Shown: one piece after another, positions 12,791 through 22,935 of the stretch
Numbering within the stretch: the stretch's first letter is position 1
Layout: the number at the start of each line of letters is the position of its first letter
From: Anthoceros angustus
Taxonomy: Eukaryota; Plantae; Anthocerotophyta
DNA length: 64,000 nucleotides
Reading direction: 5' to 3'
Assembly (NCBI GenBank): GCA_010909165.1
Contig: MU008182.1
Span: forward strand, 1 to 64,000
The notes under the pieces: generated by a model
What the model saw: the letters and a program-made list of their open reading frames with translations, nothing else
What the model was told of the DNA's origin: nothing
The model's database searches: none
Program-made: the position numbers and the translations under genes

Positions 12791-14579
12791 ATGGTTATGA
12801 GTCCTTGCCATCCACAGGCACATCACGATTTTCACGAGAACAAGGTGAAGCACATCTCATCCGATTACCACTCCGGCAAATCGGTGAGCCGATTTCGACT
12901 TGTCTACATAAACGTACGATACACGGGTTGTCCACAAAGAGCATTCGGGCTTCGGTCCCTTGCTGGCAAAGTTGCAAGCGTTTGGAAATAGATCTGGATG
13001 CCCTTTCGCATGTAGGCCTCTTTGAGCGAGGCATTACGATGTATACAAGTTCCGCCATCTGCGTCGATCGACGCATGACACCGGTATGAACAACGTTCCG
13101 GTGATAGGACTACGAGCGTGAAGGCGTATTATGAAAATTACCTCTGTGTCTTCGCCGGTATGGGTGGAGTGGAGCATGGTGTTGCAGAGGCGTCTGCGGC
13201 GTGACGCGATCGCACCCTATGAACAGGAGGAACACAAGAGGGCACAATCATATGAGACATAGCGAGGCGGATGCCTCGGGAAGGCATCTTTCCAGCATTC
13301 CTGGCGGAAGATTTACCTATCGGCACGGATCCGGCCGTTATTCTAGCGGTCATTAAAGTTGCGGCTTTTGCCGTTAGGGATCGGAAGGCTTTAATGTATG
13401 CCAGTGCAACACGGTTGGAAAACATGGGCACCGTGTTAATAAAATCGTGCAAAAGGTGCGCCACACCAAATAGGTTAAGTGGAAAAACAAACATCATAGG
13501 CGGTGCGATTCATCTGCGCTATTAACCCCTTGCCACGATTTTTGTAAGCCAATTTCCTTTAATGGGCGTTCACGGTCTGCCTGTTCATCGCGTGAGTTGC
13601 GCTCCACTGAAACGTGAAGGCCTGCAGATTGCACTCCTCCAAGCGCGGTCGATTTTTGACGTGCGGGCGCCATTGCGATTGTGAGTGCGCGTCACGCCTC
13701 CTTTGCAGCGGAGAGGAATTTGGTGTCTCCGTATGCATCTTGCTTGTGATCGGGGCAATGGCAAGTGGGCGGCCGGAAGGACTTAGCGGGGTGGGAGAAG
13801 AAGGCGCCGCATGTGGACAAACCAAAAGCGTCGGAAGAAATCAAAGCGAAGGCGAGCACACGCACAGCCGTGTGGAGTGGATGGACACCAAAGTTCGAGC
13901 CGACTGGTTCCAATTGGCGCATCGGCTTGGAAGTAACGTGAACACGATGTTGGAGGCGCCACGGCCAACTTCTGGATCCGGGATCGGTGAGCACGAAGGG
14001 AGCGGGGCGGGAGGAAATCGAGATGGCCAAGTCACGAAGGCAGTGCCAAATTCTAATCCTTCACCTTTTCGTTTGAGGCTGTTCAATTGCAGACACACTA
14101 AGATTGATGAGACGATTGTCAGAAGGCGGCTTGTGACACAGTGCGCGAGATGAAGACAATGTGGTGTGGACACCTATGTTGAAATTATGGATTTATGGCC
14201 TGGTGCTGCCGAATCGACGAGGCTGGATTTGTGGTATGGGCAACTTTAATAGAAGCGGAAGGAGATCCGGATATTCGGTCTTGGTGACTTCAAGCCTTAT
14301 GGGTTTGAAGCTTTGCGATTGAGTCGACTACGGTGTGTTGTCTTGAGCATAGCGAGGCTTGGCAAAAAGTGTGAGCCACGTGTTGTCTCTTAAATTAGAA
14401 GCTCTTGACCACGGATTGTAAGTGTGTGCATGTCTTTGGTTGCCATTGATTTTGAAGTTTGCATCATCTTGCATCCACTAACCACTTTTGGAACTTCTAA
14501 CGTTGCGAATGCAAGGAATTTTTATCGATGCTTATGTGAGGTGATTACAAGTTCTATCATCAATCACCGTCGAGATGTC

Positions 14580-17500
14580 TTTTGAAGGACCAGGTGGGCG
14601 ATTATGAATTGGAAGGAGATGAGGCGAGGCAGTATGGACCCTCGGATGAAGAGGATGATATCGGGCTTGGCCAAACGGATATGTGTCGGAGGAGGATGGT
14701 GATAGCAGGTGAGGAGGCGGATTGCAGTTTCCTCCATCTTGGTATGCCAGTGCCTTACAATCCTGAGTGAGGACATGGGTCGCGGCCGGCGGTACTGCCG
14801 GTGGGAGAACATGGGTTGGGCACCTCAGGCGGCTGGTTTATATCGGTATGAAGGCATGGGAGGCGGGCGTGCCGGCGCCTTCCACGCCTCCCGCAGGAAG
14901 GCGGCATCCGGCCTACTATGGGGTGCGCAGCCACCAGTCGGTGGAATGGAAGGAGGCGCCGGCATCTGCCGCCTGGCGCCACAGGGGGCGGCATCAGCCC
15001 GGCTGCGGATGGGGCGGGCGTAGGCATGCGCGCCCACCGTGGGATGCGAGAGGGCGGCGCATGCGCGCCTCTGCCCTGGATCTCTGCGAGGAGGAAGGCG
15101 CGGCATGCGCCCCGCCATGGGAGGCGGATGGTGGGCGGCATGCGCCTCCCGGCCTGGGGAAGCGGAGGAGGCGGCATGCGGCGCCCTCCCTGCGAAGAAG
15201 AGGAGGCGCGGCAGGCGCGTCAGGCTGAAGATGGTGGGCGTGTCGGAGTCTGGAAGCGAGTTCAAGCGGTTGGTATGGGGGTCGTGGGCGGCGAGATTTG
15301 AGAAGGAAGAAAATGGCGCGTGAGCAAAAGATGATATTGAGCTATGCATGTCGGTGATGGGGAGAGGTGGAGGCCTCCATCGAGGATGAAGATTATTTGC
15401 GGAATATCGGAGGCCTTACGAAAGAAAGTGGTTCGGAAGCAGTTCTTGAAATTAGAGAATTTAAGGCTGCATCCTTTCTTCTCCGGATGCATTCGGATTG
15501 TGGATGAGCTTGGACCAACTACGGCTCGATTATTTGAAAAGGTTGAGGAAGGTGTCTTGCCTCTATGCATGATTGACCCGGTGCGGCGACATTCTATATC
15601 TGAGTTTAGAGCCAAGAAGTATGTCATGGGAGTGCTCGGTGGCAATCACACCTGCGATGAAACATCGGGACATATCTCCATCGAAGGCGAGATACCAATG
15701 GATGGAAGCCCATGTCTGTGTGGGCTCACTTTACGAGAGATGAGGTTACGGCCGACCACAACACCATGTCGACAAGCGGAGGAAGATGAATTTCATTGAG
15801 CAAGTTAGTACTGCGAGATGAGTTGCAGATAGCAAAAGGATGGTCAATATGACCATGAGCTGGAAGTTCAACTGTATAAGGTCTTGGCTTGATAGATGAT
15901 GATGAGGCGAGAGAGGATGGCCCTATACCGAGTTGCTTGGCCAAACAGATGACGAACCGTCGGAGGAGGATGGTGATGGGTGAGGAGGATGATTGCAGAT
16001 TTCCCATGTTGGTGCCAACGGTGCCTTACAATCCGGTGAAGATATCGCATGGGTCAGGGAATTGCCCGTGGGAGAACATGGGGTTGGGCACCCCGCGCCT
16101 GGTTTATATCCTGCATGAGGAGGAGGAAGGCGGCGATGCCCTTCCTGACCTCCTGCAGAAGGCGGCATCCCAAAGACACGGCAGCACCCAGAGTCGTGGA
16201 AGGAGGCGCCGCATGCCGCGCCCGCCGGCCCGGGATGGAGGGGGGCCGGCGCCCTTCCGCCTTTTGATGGAGGCGGCCGCATGCCGCCCGACCGCCATGG
16301 GATGGAGGGAGGCGCATGCCGCGCCTCTGCCAGGATGGGAGGAAGGGCGCCGCATGCCGGCGCCATGGGAGGCGCCGGCATGCCGCCCGTGCCATGGGAG
16401 GATGGAGGGCGCGCCGCCGCTCACGGAGGACGGCGCGCATGCCGCGCCCCGTGAACTCAAGATGGTGGAGGCGATCCGGAGTAGGGAAGCGGGAGTTCAA
16501 CCGCAGCTTGGTATGGGGAGGTCGCCAAACGTGGAGGCCGGCGAGAATTGAGAAGGAAGAAAGGCAAGCGCCAGGGAGCCGATACCAACGATATTCCGAC
16601 TATGCATGTTGCGATGGGGAGAGGCGGAGGCCTCCATCATGATGAAGATTATTTGCGGAATATCGTAGACCATACGCCAAAAAGTGAAAATGTTCTCGGC
16701 TAGAGAATTTAAGGCCCATCCTTTCTTACTCCGATGCATGATTCGGATTGTGGACAGGCATGGACCAACCACCGGCTCGAGTTATTTCGAAAGGTCGGGT
16801 TGAGGAAGGTGCCGCCTCATGCATGATTGACCCATCGACGCAGCGACATTCAATCTATAATAAGTTTAGAGCCAAGAAGTATGTGATGGGGAGTGCTCGG
16901 GGGCAATCACACCTATGCAGCGATGAAGCATCCGTATACATATCCATCAAGGCCGATTCCAATGGATGGAAGCCCATGTCTATTGTGGGCTCACACAGAG
17001 ATGAGGGTTCCGCCATGACCACAACACCATGTCCGATAAACGGGAGGAAGATGACTTTCATTGAGCAAGTTCGGTATCTGCGAGATGAGTTGCGTAGCAA
17101 AAAGGGACGGAGTCAATATGACCATGAACTGGAAGTTCAACCTATATAAGGCTTGATAGATGATGATGAGGCCGAGAGGATGAGTGATAAGCAAAACAAG
17201 GTCGACAATCGCACATATCCTTTGCATCATCTTGAGGGAGAGTGTGGGAAAATGTCGATAAGATCTTCACAGTGGGAGGCCATGGAGTTGCGAACAAGCC
17301 AAACATGTTCTGCGAGGAACAAGCAAAAAGCAAGGGAAGCGGAAGGCTGCGGATGAGGCGAAGTCGGTGGACCAAAGTTTTGTGAAGCCAAAAGACATGC
17401 AAGGAAGCCTTGGCGAAGTTTTGAGGTATTCCACCGGGTGAGGGCCAAAAATGTTGATCGATGTCATGAGAAGGTCTGACAGTCTCATAGACCTCAATGG

Positions 17501-18620
17501 TATGGCCAAGGAGATCACTCTTGGAAGAAACTACATGTGATCCAAGTGGCTATGGCGAAGCATCTAGGCTGCAATTCATTCGAGATGGTGAGGAAGGAGT
17601 ACCCGGTGCACTCAACGGATGAAGTCATTGCAGTTCGGCTTTGAAGGAAGGTGAGTTTTGTTGTTCTTACGTATAGAACTATTGAGGCGGCATGCGCTCC
17701 CTATTGTCCCCATAATCGACTTTCGGCAACCTCACTTGTTTTGTGTTATTTTGCAAGTTAAAGATGTTGAAGACGAAAAAGCTACGAAGATTTCCAGCTT
17801 TTATATTAGAGGTCCACACATGGAAAGGGCTGGAGGATGAGCGGAGGGCACTTGCGGACATGGACATGGAGGAAGGGCTGCAATCATCGTGCCCAAAACA
17901 GAGGAGTTAGTAAAGTATCAAGTGGTGCTTGAGATGTGGCGAAATGAGAGGGTTTCTTTGGGTCGGAGTATACAGCGGTGATGGATGTCCCAGTTCAACA
18001 AGGGAAGTATGATGTCAAACTTGAGCGCAAATGGCAAACATATTTCATTCCTTCCATGACATGACAATGTGCGACGAGATCGAATGATAGTAATGCATGG
18101 TGTGGAAGAGCATATTGTCGGGGAGAGTATGAGGAAGTGGTGTGCGGTGGAGGCATGGTCTCATTTGTTTGGGACAAAACTAATATGCACAATGACCAAG
18201 GAGGCTTTGACCATGGAGTACATCAACATGGGGTGGGGTGTGACTGCACGAGCAAGAAGACAAAGGTGTCCATCTTTGCCGAATACCTTGCGGGCTCTTT
18301 CAATAATGGGCGGTTATTGCACAGCCGTGGTGAAGAAGTTATTATACATGTCATTTGGACAATTTGGTTGTTTCGCGTATCGAGGCCAGGTCTAATGATG
18401 AAGTTGATCAAGAACTTCTCGAGAAGGAGATTGGATATTAGATGCATGTGCGGTGGAACAACGACATTAGCGGCACTCCTTTGTGGTGCATTCTGCATTG
18501 TGGAGGTTGACAAGCTGCGAGTTCATTCATAAAAGTTCATGGCTATGAAGTTTCTGGAGGAGGAGTTGACCCATGAGCCACCTGAGGCCCCACCCAGTGG
18601 GCAAAAGAATTGAGCTTGTC
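14580..18620 (+). mobile_element. Spliced gene for ParB-like domain + beta-class N4/N6 DNA methyltransferase (TE-associated, frameshifted in this assembly)
   Basis: ParB-like: GVLPLCMIDP...KKYVMGVLGGNH (15632-15649; again 16893-16910)...WMEAHVYCGLT...HDHN...MTFIEQVRYLRDEL. Intron donor AAG/GTGAGT at 17651. MTase: YTAVMDVP (~17970-17992, motif IV position), FVWDK (~18165-18180), LMMKLIKNFS/REGDWILDACA/GGTTTLAALLCGAFCIVEVDK (18390-18515, motifs X-I-II). Confidence 0.75.
14618..17164. repeat. Tandem duplication of ~1.27 kb (14618-15900 / 15901-17164) covering the ParB-like domain
   Basis: Both units contain the GC-rich GGCATGCCGGCGCC-type tract followed by the GGNH block. GATGAGGC(C)GAG microhomology at 14618, 15901 and 17165. 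Confidence 0.9.
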
Positions 18621-18956
18621 AGAAGGATGCATCCCGAGGCCAGTAGTCCCACTTGGGTTGAGCGGGATGAAGAGGCGGAGATCTTATAGATGATCGCCGC
18701 AAACCTGTCTGCATTGTGGCATCGACTATTTGGAGAAGAGCAAGGAGGATGCGACGATATCGCGGAAATGCTATGGTCAGCGACAATTTTGAGGATCCAG
18801 GGATGCTCGACTCCGAAGGACGGAAGTTGTGTTAGATAGCGTGTCAGGACAATGCCCTCCGGAGCCACAGTCTCAAGCCGAGAATCCCCCTCTGTAGGGA
18901 AGTGAGTCTAGTTTACTTTTGAAAGTACCATAACCTGCATGGTTAGAACTCAGACA

Positions 18957-18978
18957 GGGCGCCGGCATGCCGGCGCCC
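18957..18978. repeat. Perfect 22-bp palindrome GGGCGCCGGCATGCCGGCGCCC
   Basis: Self-complementary by inspection. Degenerate versions of this motif fill 9780-9960, 11620-11790, 14860-15200 and 16130-16450. Confidence 0.95.
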
Positions 18979-20246
18979 GTTATGCCTCCTTCTTTAACTA
19001 TGAGCGACATTGTTATTCGTTTTGTCAGGATGACTTCTGTTGACGGCTGCAAAATATCCATAGAGCTCGTTTCACACCTATAAGACATTCGTCGTGCACC
19101 GTAGGAGAGGTCCAGAATGCACCAACATACCCACATTCGTGTGAAAGCACCCACAAAGCGGGATGCATGGAAACACTAAACTTGCGGACTACCGGATTTG
19201 GATGGGGAACGTTGGTCCGGGTTTTCAGCGGTTCGTATATTCCGCGGTTCAAATATTATGGTGTTTAGCAACCATGTCATCATCAATCCTCCAGGTTGGG
19301 CAGCGGAAGGGAGCGCAACTAAGAAAATTTACAACATGTGCCTATGCAAAGAAGGTCACATTTTCATCCCCTTGCCATTGAAATCCATGGGGCCTTGGGT
19401 GAGTTTTTCTAGTTTTATCAGTGCGCAAGGGCCTACCACAACGACAGGGGCGGGGTTGGCCTCCCCCTTTCCAATGTCGTGGCATATTTCAGGCAACGGG
19501 TTTCCATCGCCTTGCAAAGGGCGTTGGCCGGCGCCATCTTTAGGACGATCATGAGTATTGGAGACGGGGCATCGGCGGCACCAATGGTAAGTAGGCCCTT
19601 CCCTATCTCAAACGGTGACATCATGGGGGCGGTTGGGGGTTATAGGGTAGATTAGTGCAGGGGCATGCCCCCCCCCTAGCTTGGTGCCCCATCGTGGGTT
19701 GTCCCCTTTCGCCTAGGGGTAGATGGGATTTCCCATTTCGTTCTTTTCATAAAGTCTCCACATCCCTATCTTATTCTTGGCACCTTTGATCGGTTTGGAT
19801 GCTCTCTTTTATGTTTTGTTTGCAGCTTTGTTTGGCTTTTCAACTTTGCGCCATGTTGAGCATTCATATGCAGATTCATTTTCTTAAGAATGAGAGAATG
19901 AGGTGTCTTAGTCTTATCATGCCTAAATTGTCATGGTATTTGGTGTATGCATCAGTTGGGTGGCATTTTATGGTGCGAAAGTGTGGCGGCCTAGATGTTC
20001 GGAAACAAGGTGAAATTTCATACATATGTATGTAAATAGATTACATATAGACTACTTACTATATGTCTAAACTCTTAGGGTATTTGATGCATGCAATCTA
20101 GACAATGATCAAAAAGTCAAATACCACACTGGATTAACAATAGCATTGCGCCGAGTTGCAACCGGCCATTTGAATATGCTGTGTGTTTTTAATGTTTTTG
20201 CAAGAGATGGTAACTACTCTTAAAGGCATTCATAACATAATCTGTT

Positions 20247-20319
20247 GCACCAATGGTCTAGTGATAGAATAGTACCCCACCGTAGTATAGAGATTAGGGC
20301 GCGGGTCCCACCCGGTGCA
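20247..20319 (+). pseudogene. tRNA-Gly-derived pseudogene (possible SINE head)
   Basis: GCACCAATGGTCTAGTGATAGAATAGTACCC...CCCGGTGCA matches plant tRNA-Gly(GCC) (GCACCAGTGGTCTAGTGGTAGAATAGTACCC...GGTGCA). Anticodon loop altered; T-loop/B-box (TTCGA) destroyed. Confidence 0.75.
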
Positions 20320-20399
20320 TAATTCAATTCAATAAAAGTGGTCTCACACACACAACTCCCTGCATAAATTGTTTAGCGATAAGTCAGAATAATTTGAGA

Positions 20400-21060
20400 T
20401 ATAAATCATCACTTCTACCTTGTGCCCACGGCATTCATCCTATTCCCTCTTTCCTTAATAAATATCGCATCACCTTCTAATCTTAAATAAAAACCACATA
20501 ACTCTTAAGGAAAGAACTACATAATTATTTATGACTCCTCTTTTCTTATAAAAACCACATACCTATTAAAGAAAGAACCACATACCGGTATAGGCCTAGT
20601 GCCTTGTGTCTACGGCGTTCATGCCATCTTAATGAATAGTGTATTACCTCCTAATCTCCTCTTTCTTTAAATAAAAACTCAAACCTCTTAAGGAAAAAAC
20701 TACATACATATTCTCCTCGACCCTTGATAAAAACCACATTTTAATAGAACCATATACCTATGTAGGTATACCTCGTGCTTTGTACCTATCGCATTCACCT
20801 CACCTCTTCTTTTCTTAATAAATACCGCACCATCTCCTAATATCCTCTTTCCTTCATAAATACCGCATCACCTCCTAATATCCTCTTTTCTTCAATGAAA
20901 ACCATATATCTCTTGAAGAGAGAACCACAAGCGTATGTCTCCTCTTTCCTAGATAAACTCTACATACCTGTTAAAGGAAGAACTACATATCTATGTTGGA
21001 ACACCTTGTCCCTCCCGAGGGACATAGGGTTTAGGACTCAATTGCCTCTGGAGGATACAT
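20400..21060. repeat. AT-rich degenerate tandem repeats
   Basis: Recurring AAAAACCACAT, AAGAACTACATA and CTCCTAATATCCTCTTT modules. Confidence 0.6.
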
Positions 21061-21099
21061 TTATGAATTATGAACACAAAATGCAAATGCTTAACAAAA

Positions 21100-21810
21100 C
21101 ACAATCGTTGAATGCTATAAAAGAATGAATAGTGCCATCATTGCGCAAGGAAAAATAATTGATGTTGTGAATCATTGCCGAGAAGCTGTTTGTTTCATTT
21201 TATACCCTACCACCCCGTCTCCCCTTATGTTTGCTTCCTAATCCTATTTTAGAACCATACATGTGTACAATTGATGATGTGAATCATTGCCTAGGAGGCT
21301 ACTTGGTTAATTTTATACCCTAGCACCCCGTCTCCCCCTACGCTTGCTTCCTAATTCTATCTAAGAGCTGTCCATGTGTGCAATTTTGCTATCGCCTCCC
21401 AATATATAAGTCATCTTTGAACCGTCCATGTGTGCAATTTTGCTATCGCCCCTCCCAGTTAGTAAGCCATCTACACAGAGTCAACAGCCTACAAGCCATC
21501 TTTGAACCATCCATGTGTGCAATTTTGATATCGCCCCTCCCAGCTAGTAAGCCATCTACAATTTTGCTATCGCCCCTCCCAGTTAGTAAGCCATCTACAG
21601 AGAGTCAACAGCCTGATCAAATTTTATATTTTCTTATTGAACTTTTCACTCATACATAAAGCATTATGAAGGTCAAGAAAACATGAATGTCCTCCCTTCA
21701 TTAGTGACACATTAGCCAGAAAATTTTCACTCATACATAAAGCACTAAGAAGGTCAAAAAACCATGGACGTCCTCTCTTCATGAGTGACACAATAGCCAA
21801 AATTGTGTGG
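21100..21810 (+). repeat. Composite dispersed repeat with internal tandem units (copy 1; related to 26165-26420)
   Basis: ~120-bp duplicated unit (TTGATGTTGTGAATCATTGCC...CACCCCGTCTCCCC...), 3-4 copies of CCATGTGTGCAATTTTGCTATCGCCCCTCCCAG, and an ~80-bp duplication at 21630-21800. Confidence 0.75.
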
Positions 21811-22099
21811 TTAAATGATTTTTTGGTCGATCGCTTATGAGATGGGATACCACCCACCCTCGTTTCCTCTTGGAGTGCCTAATTTGAAGTGGAGATGGTG
21901 AACCCAACATTAATGGGAGACCCCATCGGTCACTGTAAATAGGAGTCACGCCTTCGTCTTCAGTCACATCCTGCGCCTACAATATCATAACTAGGGAGAT
22001 TGAATGACCTACATATTACTGAACTAGTCAAAAGTGCATCTCTAGTTATAGATGTTGTCCATAAGATAACCTAGCAAGTGCCCCCTTGGAGGGCAATAG

Positions 22100-22660
22100 A
22101 TACATGCTGCCGAAAGAACGCTGTGAAATAGGAAAGAGGTAGCCCCGCTCCATATCTCCTTGTATGGTATGCTAACGGCCATAGGAAAGAGGTAGCCCCG
22201 CTCCATATCTCCTTGTATGGTGTGCTAACGACCCATAAGTCTCCAAGGCAAGCGGGATGAAGAGGTCGCTGTTTGGTGTAGAGTCGCTAATCACCACGTC
22301 TGCCATAAAGACTTTGGACAACCCGATGAGGTAAAAATTGGTCAAGATAAATCCACCTTGATCGATAGTCAAAACATACCCACTCTCCCTCAAAATCATC
22401 CGAGCACGAGTCATTATAAATATAACGTAACTTTATCTCCAATAGTCAAAGCATACCAACACTCCCTCCCAGCCATATAACCAAGACCTAGGGCAAATAT
22501 AATGTCATGAATGGGTGACAATAGTGCAAATATAATGTCATGAATGGGTGGCAATAGTGCAAATATGACGTCATGAATGGGTGGCAATAGTGCAAATATG
22601 ACGTCATGAATGGGTGGCAATAGTGCAAATATGACGTCATGAATGGGTGGCAATAGGTTG
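22100..22660 (-). mobile_element. 3' fragment of a second CRE-like RLE LINE with internal tandem amplifications
   Basis: 'LRESGYVL...MADVVISDST...FIPLALETYGSL' is the RLE C-terminus. Also five 33-bp repeats (22493-22656, translating HDVIFALLPPI) and a ~54-bp direct duplication (~22128-22235). Confidence 0.7.
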
Positions 22661-22935
22661 AGGAAAAAGGACAATGGAGGACGCGTTAATGGTTTGGGGA
22701 AGTGGTGCTTGTGTAAATTGGGAGACGATTCGCTTACCATTCTTGTGCTAAATGCTCTGTCCAAAGTCATGACATCTGGTGGCAGCCATGTTGTATTAGG
22801 TTCCAATTCTTCTGTGTTGGTGTATGTTGGCATGGATAATAAAAACCGTCTTCAGGGTGCTGTGATCATGCGCAGTACCTGGCATCCTGGCTTTCTTTGT
22901 TGTTAGCCTCGTCAGCCGCTAGCGCTCCCTGAACT

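Noticed and set aside
14580-18620. Bacterial or phage contamination as the source of the MTase
   Set aside because: Contiguous with plant TEs and genes, has a spliceosomal-type intron donor, and a second family member with the same intron position occurs at 50.9 kb.
7040-20100. Terminal inverted repeats / TSD for the transposase-MTase element
   Set aside because: Compared candidate ends (~7040-7200 vs ~19600-20100) by eye and found no convincing inverted match; boundaries left undefined.
20247-20319. Functional tRNA-Gly
   Set aside because: Anticodon loop lacks U33, stem mismatch at 31-39, T-loop/B-box absent.
22493-22656. 33-bp repeats as a CRISPR array or a repeat-protein gene (ORF 22414-22833)
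   Set aside because: Head-to-tail copies with no spacers; they lie within a CRE-type LINE 3' fragment.
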